DNA of 64,000 nt from Candidatus Latescibacterota bacterium (GCA_965223905.1 CBDCXV010000001.1:640001-704000), one strand, 5' to 3'; counted from the first letter of the stretch, positions 20,648-31,646 are shown. Numbers and translations are program-made. The notes: generated by a model not told the origin, from the sequence alone.

Positions 20648-21692
20648 GCAAGAAGGGTCGGTAGTGATACCCGGTTTTCAACGGCATTTCGTCTGGGATC
20701 GAAAGCGAGCTTCCAAGCTGATAGAGTCATTGATCCTCGGTCTACCTGTGCCCCCGTTATTCCTGTATGAGGAAAGCAAAAACCGGTTCCTGGTGATTGA
20801 TGGACAGCAGCGATTGATGTCCATCTATTATTTCATCAAGCAAAGGTTTCCACGTGGCGAAGCGAGGACAAGACTTCGGGAAGTTTTCAATGAGCATGGA
20901 AGAATCCCTGACGACGTCCTGCATAACGACGACTACTTCCAAAATTTTCGTCTCAGTCTGCCTTCCAAGCTGGCTGGTGGACAGAATGAACTCGACCGGT
21001 TGTCCTATGCAACGCTTGGGGATCACAAGACGACACTGAACCTGCGTCCGATTCGCAACGTAATAGTCAAGCAGAATTCTCCGAGTGCCGACAATTCTTC
21101 GATTTACGAGATATTCAGCCGCCTGAGCTCCGGCGGCGTGAACCTGACTCCCCAGGAAATTCGCTTGAGTCTCTATCATTCGGAATTCTACGATATGCTC
21201 CATCGAATCAATGGCGATCCGAAATGGAGAAGACTGATTGGAAGTAGTAAACCGGATCTGCACATGAAGGACATCGAGGTTTTACTCCGAATGTTTGCCA
21301 TGCTTGTGGATTCGGACAACTATGCCCCTTCGATGGTGAAATTCCTGAATCAATTCTCCAAGAAATGTGAATCGCATACCGACGAACAGAATTGTCTCCT
21401 GCGGTCCATATTCCAGGGTTTTGTCGAAGCCAGCTCGGAATTGCGGGAAACCTCATTTCTCAACAAACGAACGCGCAGATTCAACATTGCACTGATCGAG
21501 GCAGTTTTTGCGTCGGCGTGCAGCGCCGCGTTCCGGGAACGACGTGATCCACGTGGCAAGTTGGGGGATTCCGAGATTGAGTCGTTAGGAGCTGATGAAG
21601 AGTTCCAGGCGTCGTCGTCCTCGGCCACGACTCAAACCTCCAATGTCGTGAAACGACTTGAGCGTGGAGCGGCCCTGATTACTTCGCTCTGA
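20646..21692 (+). pseudogene. DUF262 (ParB/Srx-fold, GmrSD N-terminal-like) protein, apparently 5'-truncated
   Basis: IPGFQRHFVW, LIESLILGLPVP, VIDGQQRL, IFSRLSSGG; the conserved region starts immediately at the first ATG, with no upstream intergenic space or RBS; lower GC than flanks. Confidence 0.75.
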
Positions 21693-21693
21693 G

Positions 21694-22042
21694 ATGGCCA
21701 AGTCATCCGTGTCGGTTGTTGACCAGCTCCACGATAAATTTGGCGAACTCAGTGCCGCACTCAACGAGACGGACATCTCCCTGCGTTCCGCAGCCGAAGA
21801 AACCTTCAGGAAAGCGCTGCTGCTATCAGCGGCGAGCTATGGATGACCGGATGGACGACTCGATGCGAGAGTCCGTTTCTGCATTTGTGGAGATTGGCCG
21901 GGAGAGGAATCGTCTCGTGCATTCGGATTTCGGGTCATTCGCCATGGAGAAGACCTCGGCCGAGATTTACCAGCTCTACCAGAAAGCCATGGATTTTGTC
22001 GAATCCTTGCGCGATCACTTCCAGGAGTTCATGGCTCCGTAA
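21694..22042 (+). pseudogene. HEPN-domain RNase partner of DUF262, with an internal frameshifting deletion near 21840
   Basis: Frame 1: MAKSSVSVVDQLH…FRKALLLSAASYG*; second frame: …EIGRERNRLVHSDFG… with the RxxxxH HEPN motif. Confidence 0.7.
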
Positions 22043-22279
22043 TGCAAAAGAAGCAAGGTCCAGCAGCATCGAGGTGTCGAAGCGGAAATCGCATGGTCTT
22101 CGACCGCATGGCTCAAATGTTGAAGGATCCGGAAACTCTCTACTGGCCCTGCTCGTCAGCGGTTTCCCGGGACGGTGAAACGCACCCCGATCCGGGGCGC
22201 TTCGCAGGGTCGGGTCATGTCCAGTCCGAACACTGGTGGAAGAACTGGCAGCCTTGCCGTATAGCCCCCAGGTGAACCC

Positions 22280-23902
22280 ATGAACGGTGCCGACCTCCTG
22301 GCGCAGACGCTTTCGGCTCTGCGCGTCGAATGGATCTCCACCCTGTGCGGGCACGGCCTCAACGAGGTGTACGCCGCCTGCGGCCGCGCCGGCATCCGCC
22401 TGATCGACACCCGCAACGAGCAGACCGCCGCCTACATGGCCGAGAGCTGGGGCCGCATGAGCGGGGAGGTCGGGGTGTGTGCGGTCAGCAGCGGCGTCGC
22501 CCACGCCAACGCCCTGACGGGGGTCGTCAACGCCCACCTCGACGGCGCCCCGATGTTGCTGCTCACCGGCGCCGGGCCTTTGGGCACCGCGGGTATGGGG
22601 CATTTCCAGGACTTCGAGCAGGTGGCCCTGGCCGCCCCGGTCTGCAAGTACGCGCGCGTCCTCGACATACCCGGACGCATCTCCGAGCAGGTGCGCGAGG
22701 CCTTCGAAATCGCCCGCAGCGGACGCCCCGGACCGGTGCACCTCACCTTCCCGATGGACGTCCAGGAAGCCGAGGTCGAGGCCGGGCCACCGGCGCCGCC
22801 GAGCCGCCTCGAGTACCGGCCGCAGGCCGGCGAGGCCAGCGTTGCCAGGGCGGTGAAGATGCTGGCCGCGGCCGAGCGTCCTCTCCTGGTAGCCGGCAGC
22901 GGAGCCTGGTACTCCGGCGCCGGGGAGGTCCTCGCCGACTTCTGCACCACCTTCGCCATTCCGTTCGTCGTGCCGATCTGGGACCGCGGCTGCGTCGTCG
23001 GCAGGCGGGCGGAGTTCCTCGGGGTGGTCGGCGCCGCCAGCGGCGGACCGGACCTGCTCGGGGAGGCGGACCTCCTGCTGCTGGTCGGCGCCGCCGCCGA
23101 TTACCGGGTCGGCTTCCTGCAGCCCCCGGAGATCTCCGGGGATGCCGCGGTCATCCGCATCGACATCGACCCCGGGCGCCTGCACCATCTGCCGTCGAGC
23201 GGGCTGGCGATCCTCGCCGATCCCGCCGCGGCCCTGGAACAGCTCGACAGCGCCTGCACCGAGCAGCAGATACGGGGGTTCGGGAGCTGGCTCGCCGAGA
23301 CCCGTTCCCGCGTCGACGCCCACTGCCGCGAGATAACCGGAGCGGTGGACCGGTCCGGCAGGCTGCACTCCCTCGACGTCGTCGAAGCCCTCGCCGCTGC
23401 TGCGGGGGAGGAGGCAGTCCTCATCGTCGACGGCGGCAACATCGGGCAGTGGTTTCACCAGACCGCCGGGCGGGAGCGCTACTCCGGCCTGACCGTGACC
23501 TGCGGCGCCAGCGGCGTCGTCGGCTACGGCATCGGGGCCGCCATGGCGGCGCGCGCCGGGTTCCCGCAGCGTCCGGTCGCGCTGCTGTCCGGGGACGGCG
23601 CGGCCACCTTCAACCTGACCGACCTCGAGTGCGCCGTCCGCCAGAAGCTCCCCTTCCTGATGGTGGTAGCCGACGACGAGAGCTGGGGGATCACCGAGAC
23701 CGGCCACCTGCAGGCCTACGGCAAGGCGATGAGCAGCCACCTCGGGCCGGTCGACTTCGCCGCCGCGGCGCGCGCCTTCGGCGCCCTCGGGATCCGCGTC
23801 GAGGATCGCGACGAGCTGCAGAAGGCCCTGGCCGGCGCCCTCGCCGCGGAGGTCCCGGCGCTCGTCCACGTTCCGATTGCCGGCGGTTTCCCCGGCGGTT
23901 GA
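22280..23902 (+). CDS. Thiamine-diphosphate enzyme (acetolactate synthase-like/2-hydroxyacyl-CoA lyase-like)
   Basis: TRNEQTAAYMA, GRPGPVHL and the GDGA ThDP-binding motif. Confidence 0.9.
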   Translation: MNGADLLAQTLSALRVEWISTLCGHGLNEVYAACGRAGIRLIDTRNEQTAAYMAESWGRMSGEVGVCAVSSGVAHANALTGVVNAHLDGAPMLLLTGAGPLGTAGMGHFQDFEQVALAAPVCKYARVLDIPGRISEQVREAFEIARSGRPGPVHLTFPMDVQEAEVEAGPPAPPSRLEYRPQAGEASVARAVKMLAAAERPLLVAGSGAWYSGAGEVLADFCTTFAIPFVVPIWDRGCVVGRRAEFLGVVGAASGGPDLLGEADLLLLVGAAADYRVGFLQPPEISGDAAVIRIDIDPGRLHHLPSSGLAILADPAAALEQLDSACTEQQIRGFGSWLAETRSRVDAHCREITGAVDRSGRLHSLDVVEALAAAAGEEAVLIVDGGNIGQWFHQTAGRERYSGLTVTCGASGVVGYGIGAAMAARAGFPQRPVALLSGDGAATFNLTDLECAVRQKLPFLMVVADDESWGITETGHLQAYGKAMSSHLGPVDFAAAARAFGALGIRVEDRDELQKALAGALAAEVPALVHVPIAGGFPGG

Positions 23903-23921
23903 GGGAGGAAAGGCAAGCCTC

Positions 23922-25103
23922 GTGAAGATCACCCGCATCGAAACCGCGGTCGTCGACGCCGGCTGGCGGCCGTGGCTGTTCGTCAAGGTCGAAACCGATA
24001 CCGGCGTCACCGGCTACGGCGAGTGCAGCGACGGCAAGAACCCCCTGGGTGTGGCCGGGGCCATCGACGACCTGAAACCGCTTCTCCTGGGAGCGGACCC
24101 CCGCGCCTACGAGACGCGCTTCCAGGACATGATCCGCGGCTCGCGGCAGAGTCCGGGAGGGATCGCCGCCAAGGCGATCGCCGGCATCGAGCTCGCCCTC
24201 GTCGACGCCAAGGCGCGCGCCCTCGGCATTGCGGTCACCGAGCTGTTCGGCGGTCCCACACGGGACCGCGTGCGCATCTACTGGTCGCACTGCGGCACCT
24301 CGCGGGCCCTCAACCACGAGCTGCTCGGAACGCCCCCGCTGCGCTCGCTGGACGACATCGCCGCTCTCGGCAGGGAGGTGGTCGCAAAGGGGTATACCGC
24401 ACTCAAGACCAACATCGTATTTCCGGGGGAGCCGGCGTCGGTCTACTTCCCTTGCTTCGGACAGGGGGACACAACCGACCAGACGGTGAGCCGCGAGCTG
24501 ATCGACCACGTCGCGGCCCAGATAGAGGCCTTCCGCGAAGGCACGGGCGCCGCTGCGGAAATAGCCCTCGACCTCAACTTCAACTTCAAGCCGGAAGCCT
24601 GCGTGCGCCTCGCCCGCGCTCTCGAGCCGTTGGACCTGATGTGGCTGGAGATCGACCTCTACGACTGCGAGGCGATCCGCCACGTCCGCGAGAACACGAG
24701 CATCCCGGTCTGCACCGGGGAGAACCTCTACTACATGCGGGACTACCTGCCGTACTTCCGGGCAAAGGCCGCGGACGTGTACATGATCGACGTCCCCTGG
24801 AACGGCTTCTCACAGGCGAAGAAGATCGGCGACCTCGCCGAGACCTTTCAGCACAACATCGCCCCGCACAACTACTACAGCCACCTTGCGACCTTCATCG
24901 GCGCCAGCCTGTGCGCGGTGCTGCCGAACGTTCACATCATGGAGATCGACGTCGACGACGTGCCGTGGAAGGACGCCCTGGTGACGAACCTGCCGGAGAT
25001 CGAGGCGGGAGCGATGAAGACGCCTGCAGGCATCGGGTGGGGCACCGAGCTCGACTGGGACGAGGTGCTGCGGCACCCCTGGACCGGCAAGTCCTTCTGG
25101 TAG
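23922..25103 (+). CDS. Mandelate racemase/muconate lactonizing enzyme family protein
   Basis: GTG start after GGAGG; GYGECS, GIELALVDAKAR, ALKTN, CTGEN, APHN. Confidence 0.9.
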   Translation: MKITRIETAVVDAGWRPWLFVKVETDTGVTGYGECSDGKNPLGVAGAIDDLKPLLLGADPRAYETRFQDMIRGSRQSPGGIAAKAIAGIELALVDAKARALGIAVTELFGGPTRDRVRIYWSHCGTSRALNHELLGTPPLRSLDDIAALGREVVAKGYTALKTNIVFPGEPASVYFPCFGQGDTTDQTVSRELIDHVAAQIEAFREGTGAAAEIALDLNFNFKPEACVRLARALEPLDLMWLEIDLYDCEAIRHVRENTSIPVCTGENLYYMRDYLPYFRAKAADVYMIDVPWNGFSQAKKIGDLAETFQHNIAPHNYYSHLATFIGASLCAVLPNVHIMEIDVDDVPWKDALVTNLPEIEAGAMKTPAGIGWGTELDWDEVLRHPWTGKSFW

Positions 25104-25185
25104 GACCCGGCGCCGCGCAGGGGCCCGGGCATGCCGGGAAAGCGGATGAGCGGGAGGCGGTCCGGTCAGGCGGAACCGCGTCGGC

Positions 25186-26082
25186 TCAGTAGAGAAGCCG
25201 GTACAGCCGCTGGGGGTAGTCGCCGACGACCGGGTGGTGGCGGCCCAGCAGGTGAAAGACCGACACCATCGCCTCCTTGGCGGCCCCCTGGCCGTAGTTG
25301 CCGTCTTTCTCGAGCACCTGGAACCACTCCTGTAAAGCAGTGGCGTAGTCGCCGTCCACCGCGGCGCAGCAGCCGAGCCGGTAGCGGGCCTCGAGGTCTG
25401 CGGCGTCGGCGAGCAGGCGCCCGGCGCAGGCCTGGCGTCCCCCGCCCTCCTCGCACAGGCGGTGGAACTCCAGCTGCTTGAGCAGGGCCTGGCCCTGGTC
25501 GTACTCGCTGGTGCCCTGCTCGATCCTTCCCACCAGCTCGCGCACTTCGTCGAAGCGGTTCTCCAGCAGGCGCACGCGGGCAAGGCCCACCCAGGCGGCG
25601 CCGTTGTCGTCGTCATTCTGCAGGGCCTGCTCGAACAGGGCCGCGGCCCCGGCCAGGTCGCCGCCGTCGATGCGCGCCCTGCCGACCTCGACGAGGTCGC
25701 CGTCCACCTCTTCTTCGCCCGGCGGCGCTCCGGCGACGTGGCGCCTGAGCACCTCCTCGACCTGCTGGCGCGGCAGCGCCCCGGTGAACTCGTCCACGAG
25801 TTGGCCGTCCTTGACGATCTTGACCGCGGGGATTCCCTGGACGCGGAACGCCATCGCCAGGTCCTGGTTGTCGTCGACGTTGACCTTGGCCAGCGCCACT
25901 CCCGGCCCGAGTGCGGCGACCACCTCCTCGAGCACCGGTCCCAGGGTCTTGCAGGGCTCGCACCAGGGAGCCCAGAAGTCGACGACGACGACCCGCTCGC
26001 TCGAGCCGTTGAGGACGACCTCTTCGAAGTTGTCCGAATCTACATCGATAACCCGGGATGTCATTTCCATTGCGCTCGCCAT
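25186..26082 (-). CDS. Thioredoxin + TPR chaperedoxin (CnoX/YbbN-like)
   Basis: VDFWAPWCEPC, VQGIPAV; C-terminal TPR-like helices ending …RLYRLLY. Confidence 0.88.
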   Translation of the reverse strand: MASAMEMTSRVIDVDSDNFEEVVLNGSSERVVVVDFWAPWCEPCKTLGPVLEEVVAALGPGVALAKVNVDDNQDLAMAFRVQGIPAVKIVKDGQLVDEFTGALPRQQVEEVLRRHVAGAPPGEEEVDGDLVEVGRARIDGGDLAGAAALFEQALQNDDDNGAAWVGLARVRLLENRFDEVRELVGRIEQGTSEYDQGQALLKQLEFHRLCEEGGGRQACAGRLLADAADLEARYRLGCCAAVDGDYATALQEWFQVLEKDGNYGQGAAKEAMVSVFHLLGRHHPVVGDYPQRLYRLLY

Positions 26083-26094
26083 CCTTCGCCTTGG

Positions 26095-27144
26095 TTACTG
26101 CGCCCTGCCGCGGCCGGCGACCTCCCAGACCTCCTCGACCTCGCCGTTGCGCACCGCGTAAATGCGGTCGTGGAGGTTGGTGGTCATGCCGCCGTGCAGC
26201 GGGATGAACGACAGCATGTCGCCCACAGCAAATGTATGGGACGACCCGGTGATGTCTACGTGGCCGTGCTCCACCGACATCCCCTTGAAGGCGATTTCCG
26301 GGTGCTCGATGCAGTAGCCGTACGGGGTCGGCGGGTAGCTGGTGAACACCTTCATCCCGGCATCGACGATGATCTGGCCGGGAACCGAGGTGCTCACCAC
26401 CGTCACCACCATGCGCAGGGGACAGCGCACCGGATCGAGGTCCTGCCGTTTTCCCACCCGCGTCATGCCCTCGTACGCGTACGAGCCGATGCGCGTCTCC
26501 GTGCACCCGAGGGACTTCGATATCTCCTCGCTGCCGGTGCCGCCGCCGCTGACGATCTCCAGCGGCAGCCCCGCGGCCGAGGTCAGAGATCTCACCTCGT
26601 CGAGGAACAGCCGCGCCCGCTCGCTGCTCGGGTAGGTCATGACCCCGCAGAAACGCAGTCCGGGCAGCCGGTCTATGGTTTGGGCGAGGGCGAGGGTCTC
26701 CGCGGGGGACTGCACCCCGACGCGCCCGCCGCCGGTGTCCATTTCGATGATGACGCGGAAGCTGCAGCCGTCCCGGGCAGCCTGCGCCGACAGGCCTTCC
26801 GCCGTCGCTGCCGAATCGGCCGCCACCGTGACCGTCGCCGTTCCCGGCCGCACCAGGCGGGACAGGCGCTCGAGCTTCGGCCTGCCGACGAGGTTGTAGG
26901 GGATGAGGATGTCCTCGATGCCGGCGGCCGCCATCGCCTCGGCTTCTCCCAGCTTCTGGCTGACGATGCCGATCGCCCCGGCGGTTACCTGCCGGCGGGC
27001 GATCGCCGGGGTCTTGTGCGTCTTGGTGTGCACGCGCAGGGCGATGCCGAGCCGGTCGCACGCCTGCTGCAGCTGGGCGATGTTGCGTTCGAGGCCGTCG
27101 AGGTCGACGGTCAGGGCGGGGGTGTCCAGGTCGGTAACGCGCAC
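26095..27144 (-). CDS. DSD1/D-threonine aldolase family PLP enzyme (alanine racemase fold)
   Basis: LDTPALTVDLD, RVHTKTHK (PLP Lys), VSGGGT, DAGMK, SVEHG; GTG start after GGAAGGAG. Confidence 0.88.
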   Translation of the reverse strand: MRVTDLDTPALTVDLDGLERNIAQLQQACDRLGIALRVHTKTHKTPAIARRQVTAGAIGIVSQKLGEAEAMAAAGIEDILIPYNLVGRPKLERLSRLVRPGTATVTVAADSAATAEGLSAQAARDGCSFRVIIEMDTGGGRVGVQSPAETLALAQTIDRLPGLRFCGVMTYPSSERARLFLDEVRSLTSAAGLPLEIVSGGGTGSEEISKSLGCTETRIGSYAYEGMTRVGKRQDLDPVRCPLRMVVTVVSTSVPGQIIVDAGMKVFTSYPPTPYGYCIEHPEIAFKGMSVEHGHVDITGSSHTFAVGDMLSFIPLHGGMTTNLHDRIYAVRNGEVEEVWEVAGRGRAQ

Positions 27145-27161
27145 GAAAAAGCTCCTTCCGT

Positions 27162-28274
27162 TTACGGGGAATCGCCGGCGAAGATCCCGGCGTACTCGCG
27201 GGCGCTCTTGTCCCATCCGTACTCGCGCAGCACGTACTGCCGCGCCTCCCGGCCCAGCTCGGCGCGCCGGGATTCGCCGAGCGAGAAGAACTGGTGAATG
27301 CGGTCGGCGAATGCGGAGTAGTCTCCAGCGGGGACGAGCCAGCCTCCCTCGCGGATGCTCTCGACCAGGGCGTCGACGGCGAAGGCGACCACGGGTGTTC
27401 CGGCATGCATGCTCTCCAGCGGGGTGATGCCGTAGCCCTCGACGTCGTCGGCCATCGGCACGTTCGGCATCACGAAGAGATCGGCGCTGCGCCGCAGCAT
27501 GGCGGCGACGTCGTCGTCCGGGGCGTCGACGAGTACGATGCGGGAAGCGGTCCCGGGGCGGGAGGCCAGCTCGCGCAGCCGCGGCATGTCGGGTCCGGCG
27601 CCGGCGATGAGGAGGCGGATGTCCCTATCCAGGAGCGGAAGCCCCTGCTCGACGAAGGGGACCATCCCCTTGCGGCGAACCTGCCGGCCGATGTTGAGCA
27701 GCACCTTCTCGGAGTCGAACCGCACTCCGTGGCGCTCCTCGAACTCGCGCCGCAGCTGCGCGCAGCGCTCCGCCGCCGGCTCGGCAGGCTCGACCCCGAC
27801 GTAGACGACCTGCAGCCGCTCCGCCGGCAGCCCCCAGGTCAGGGCGAGGTTCCGCGTGTGCTCGCTGATGAGGACGATCCGCTCGCAGCAGCGGCAGCCC
27901 CGTTTCATCAGCGCCTGCGCAAGCCCGCTCCGGTAGGTCATTTCCAGGCCGTAGACGGTGACGACGAAGCGGGCCCGGCCCTTGAACGGGCGCAGCAGCG
28001 GGGCCAGGGCGCAGACCACCCCGTCGGCGAAGTACACGGCATCGGCGCGGCGCAGCAGGAGGGCGGCCAGGGTACGCACCGCTACCCAGGGAAGAAACCA
28101 GGCCAGGTGCAGAAGCGAGTCTCTTCCGAGCGCTACCAGGGTGACGGGGTACTGCCGGCTGAGCCGGCTGAAGAGCTTGTGGCAGTGGGTCTGAATGCCG
28201 CCTACCGAAGGCGGGTAGCGGCGCGCCAGGAACAGCAGGCGCATCCGGTTCTCAGGGGCGTCCGCGGCCGGCAT
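27162..28274 (-). CDS. Glycosyltransferase family 4
   Basis: YPPSVGGIQ, GRQVRRKG, ADLFVMPN, EGYGITPLES; start may instead be 28244. Confidence 0.9.
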   Translation of the reverse strand: MPAADAPENRMRLLFLARRYPPSVGGIQTHCHKLFSRLSRQYPVTLVALGRDSLLHLAWFLPWVAVRTLAALLLRRADAVYFADGVVCALAPLLRPFKGRARFVVTVYGLEMTYRSGLAQALMKRGCRCCERIVLISEHTRNLALTWGLPAERLQVVYVGVEPAEPAAERCAQLRREFEERHGVRFDSEKVLLNIGRQVRRKGMVPFVEQGLPLLDRDIRLLIAGAGPDMPRLRELASRPGTASRIVLVDAPDDDVAAMLRRSADLFVMPNVPMADDVEGYGITPLESMHAGTPVVAFAVDALVESIREGGWLVPAGDYSAFADRIHQFFSLGESRRAELGREARQYVLREYGWDKSAREYAGIFAGDSP

Positions 28275-28481
28275 CGGTGGGCGGCAGGTTTCGAGGCAGG
28301 GGTAGGAATCGAAGTGTGTGAGGGTGGCGACCGGCGAAATATACGGCCCCCTAGAAACGGACGTAAGCACCGGAACGAGCAGCTTGACCCGGCTTCGAGG
28401 TCAGGACGACTTTCACCGCCATCTCCGGGCCAACCCGGAGGCCCCTGCCGGTACCGCTTTCATATCACAGCAGTATGGGTC

Positions 28482-29148
28482 ATGGATTTCAAGGCGTTCG
28501 CAGCCGAAGTCTTCGGCACCTTTCTCCTCATCTTCATCGGCGCCGGAGCCGTCGCCGTCGGGGTCGGCGGACTGGTCGGGGCCGCCCTTGCGCACGGCTT
28601 CGTGGTGATCGCCTACCCCTACGGGTACGGCTCCCTGAGCGGCAGTCACCTCAACCCGGCGGTCAGCTTCGGGCTGCTCGTCGCGGGCGAAATGAAGCCC
28701 GGGAAGACCGTGGCGTTCTGGGTGGCGCAGGTGACCGGCGGCATCGCCGGGGGGGCGCTGCTCTACTTCCTGCTCGGGGCGGAATCCTCGCTCGGCGCCA
28801 CCGTCCTGGACGAGGGTGTTTCCCCGGGGAAGGGACTGATCCTCGAAGCGGTTCTGACCTTCATTCTGGTCAACGCCGTTCTCGCTGTCCCCGCCAGCGG
28901 CAGAGCGGGGAACCTGGCGCCGATCATCGTCGGCTTCACGCTCATCTTCTGCATCCTGATGGGCGGGCCGCTGACGGGCGCCTCCCTGAACCCGGCGCGC
29001 ACCCTGGGACCGGCGCTGTTCACGGGTACCCTGAACCTGTTCTGGATCTACTTCTCCGGCACCTTCGCCGGGGCCGCGGCCGCGGGGCTGCTTCACCGGG
29101 GCACACGAACCCGCAGCCCGGCCGGGGCTGGATCGAGGAAAAACGAAG

Positions 29149-29156
<8 letters not shown>
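28482..29156 (+). CDS. Aquaporin (MIP family)
   Basis: AEVFGTF, SGSHLNPAVS and GASLNPAR (both NPA motifs). Confidence 0.93.
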
Positions 29157-29565
<409 letters not shown>

Positions 29566-29691
29566 CCGTCCCCTGCGCCGCGCTACCTTTGCAGCCCGTT
29601 GAGAGACTTGGCCTGCAGAGCCATTTCCCGCGGGCTGTCAGCGCGGCAGCTCCCCAATATCCAACCCCTCCGTAACATCGCAGGAGTCAGC

Positions 29692-30717
29692 ATGACGCTC
29701 GCAATAGGATTGATAGGCGCCGGGGCGAACACCAGGCTCAAGCACATCCCCGGATTCCAGGAGATAGACGGCGTCGAGGTGGTCGCCGTCTGCAACCGCA
29801 GCCGCGAATCGGCGCAGAAGGTCGCAGCCGACTTCGGCATCCCGCACGTCGTGGAGGACTGGGAGGAGCTGGTTCACCGCGACGACGTCGACGCCGTATG
29901 CGTAGGCACCTGGCCGTACATGCACTGCGAGATCACCCTCGAGACGCTGAAAGCGGACAAGCACATACTCACCGAGGCGCGCATGGCGATGGATCTCGGG
30001 GAAGCCAGGCGCATGTACGAGGCTTCCCAGGCTTCCGACAAGGTCGCCATGATCGTGCCGGGGCAGCTTCACCCCGAGTCTGAGGCGACGACGCTGGAGT
30101 TGATCGCCGACGGCTGCTTCGGCGACTGGCTCGAGATACGGGTCAACTCACTGGGCGGGGGCTACGACCCGCAGGCGCCGCTGCACTGGCGGCAGCGCCG
30201 CGTCCTTTCGGGCAACAACATCATGGCCATGGGGATCTTCAACGAGAACGTCCACCGCTACGCCGGATTCGAGAAGTCCCTCGTCGCCCACGCGACGTCG
30301 TTCACGACCAGGCGGTTGAACGAGGAGACCGGCGAGATGGAGGACGCCGACGTTCCCGAGTCGATCGGCGTCGTCGCCGGGATGGAGTCGGGGGCCACCG
30401 CCGTCTACCACCTCTCCAACGTGGCGCGCCTCGGAGGCAGCGGCGCCGAGCTCGAGCTGCACGGGACAAAGGGGGCCTTCAAGATGGAGGACGGCACCGC
30501 CTGGGTTGCGGGAGAGGGGGACAGCGAGTTCCGCAGGCTGGAGATCCCGCCCGAAAAACAGGGCGAGTGGCGCGTCGAGAGGGAGTTCGTCGACGCCATT
30601 CGCGAGGGCGCCCCGGTGACCCACACCAACTTCGGCGACGGCGTGAGGTACATGGAATTCACCGAGGCGGTCCACATCAGCCTCCGGGAGGGCCGGCGCG
30701 TCGACTTTCCGCTGTAA
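29692..30717 (+). CDS. Gfo/Idh/MocA family oxidoreductase
   Basis: IGLIGAG, AVCNRS, DAVCVGTWP, KHILTEARMA; RBS AGGAG. Confidence 0.9.
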   Translation: MTLAIGLIGAGANTRLKHIPGFQEIDGVEVVAVCNRSRESAQKVAADFGIPHVVEDWEELVHRDDVDAVCVGTWPYMHCEITLETLKADKHILTEARMAMDLGEARRMYEASQASDKVAMIVPGQLHPESEATTLELIADGCFGDWLEIRVNSLGGGYDPQAPLHWRQRRVLSGNNIMAMGIFNENVHRYAGFEKSLVAHATSFTTRRLNEETGEMEDADVPESIGVVAGMESGATAVYHLSNVARLGGSGAELELHGTKGAFKMEDGTAWVAGEGDSEFRRLEIPPEKQGEWRVEREFVDAIREGAPVTHTNFGDGVRYMEFTEAVHISLREGRRVDFPL

Positions 30718-31003
30718 CCGATTCGCAAGCAGGTACACACGCGGCGGCGCGGAAGGCTGCGAACTCCCGGCCCGCTCGGGTGCTCGCAGCCGGGACAAAA
30801 AGGAGGAATTGATACCTGATATCCCAGGCTGACGGTAGGAAAGTGGCCGCCTTGAGTTCTCCCCCTGGGTCTCGTATATATACCAGAGGTATATGGAAAG
30901 AGGAAACCTACGCAATTGTACGGATGTGTAGTTGGAATGGAATTCCTGTGTCCGGCTTTTTAGTCGGTGATTCCTCTGAATCCCCTGCAAGGGAGGTATC
31001 CCC

Positions 31004-31513
31004 GTGACCAACGATGAAAAGAAAGTATCAGCCCAAACTCGTGATGACGTTTGGGCTGGGAAATGGGATGTCGATAGGCTGACCAGGTATTACAGGAAAT
31101 TGGCAGATCGTCACATGAGGAGGCATTTATATCTCAGGGTTTTTCTCTTGGTACCCATGTCGGGAAGTATTGCCTCGTTGCTTGAGGCGATTCCGATTCT
31201 TCCGCAGGTGTCTGCAGCCTTTGTAGCTGTGTTTGCCATATGGGATTATTTAGCCGCTCATGAGAGAAAGGCAACCGTAGCAACCGAAATTGCCGGGCAA
31301 TGCAGCTCTCTGGAAGTAGAATTCCTCGATTTGTGGAACGTCGTTGAGTCCTGCAGTATCGATGATCTTCATGCAAGGCGCACTCTCCAGGATTTGAACA
31401 AGCGTATCGTGGAGATTACAAATCGTGCAGGAGTACATGGTTTGATTACGAATGACAAACTGAATAAGAGTGCTGCTTCAGAGGCATCTATGGTATTACA
31501 AGGAGACTCATGA
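31004..31513 (+). CDS. Two-TM SLATT-like protein in a low-GC insert
   Basis: Helical N-terminus (…RYYRKLADRH), two adjacent hydrophobic segments and a helical C-terminus; GTG after GGAGG. Family assigned by architecture only. Confidence 0.55.
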   Translation: MTNDEKKVSAQTRDDVWAGKWDVDRLTRYYRKLADRHMRRHLYLRVFLLVPMSGSIASLLEAIPILPQVSAAFVAVFAIWDYLAAHERKATVATEIAGQCSSLEVEFLDLWNVVESCSIDDLHARRTLQDLNKRIVEITNRAGVHGLITNDKLNKSAASEASMVLQGDS

Positions 31514-31514
31514 T

Positions 31515-31646
31515 TTGAATCGGAAGACAAGAGAGGTACGAGACACCGGCAATCCACCAAGGCCCAGTAAGCCGCCACCTACACCACCACCACGTAGTCG
31601 TCCTCCTGCCCCAAAATCTCCACCTAAGCAGAATCCCAGGAAATGA
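31515..31646 (+). CDS. Putative Pro/Lys/Arg-rich micro-protein, 43 aa
   Basis: TTG start 9 nt after AGGAG: MNRKTREVRDTGNPPRPSKPPPTPPPRSRPPAPKSPPKQNPRK*. Confidence 0.4.
   Translation: MNRKTREVRDTGNPPRPSKPPPTPPPRSRPPAPKSPPKQNPRK

Noticed and set aside
22042-22275. 77-aa ORF after HEPN as a third defence gene
   Set aside because: No recognisable motif, and it crosses the GC boundary back into host-like DNA; probably a remnant or spurious.
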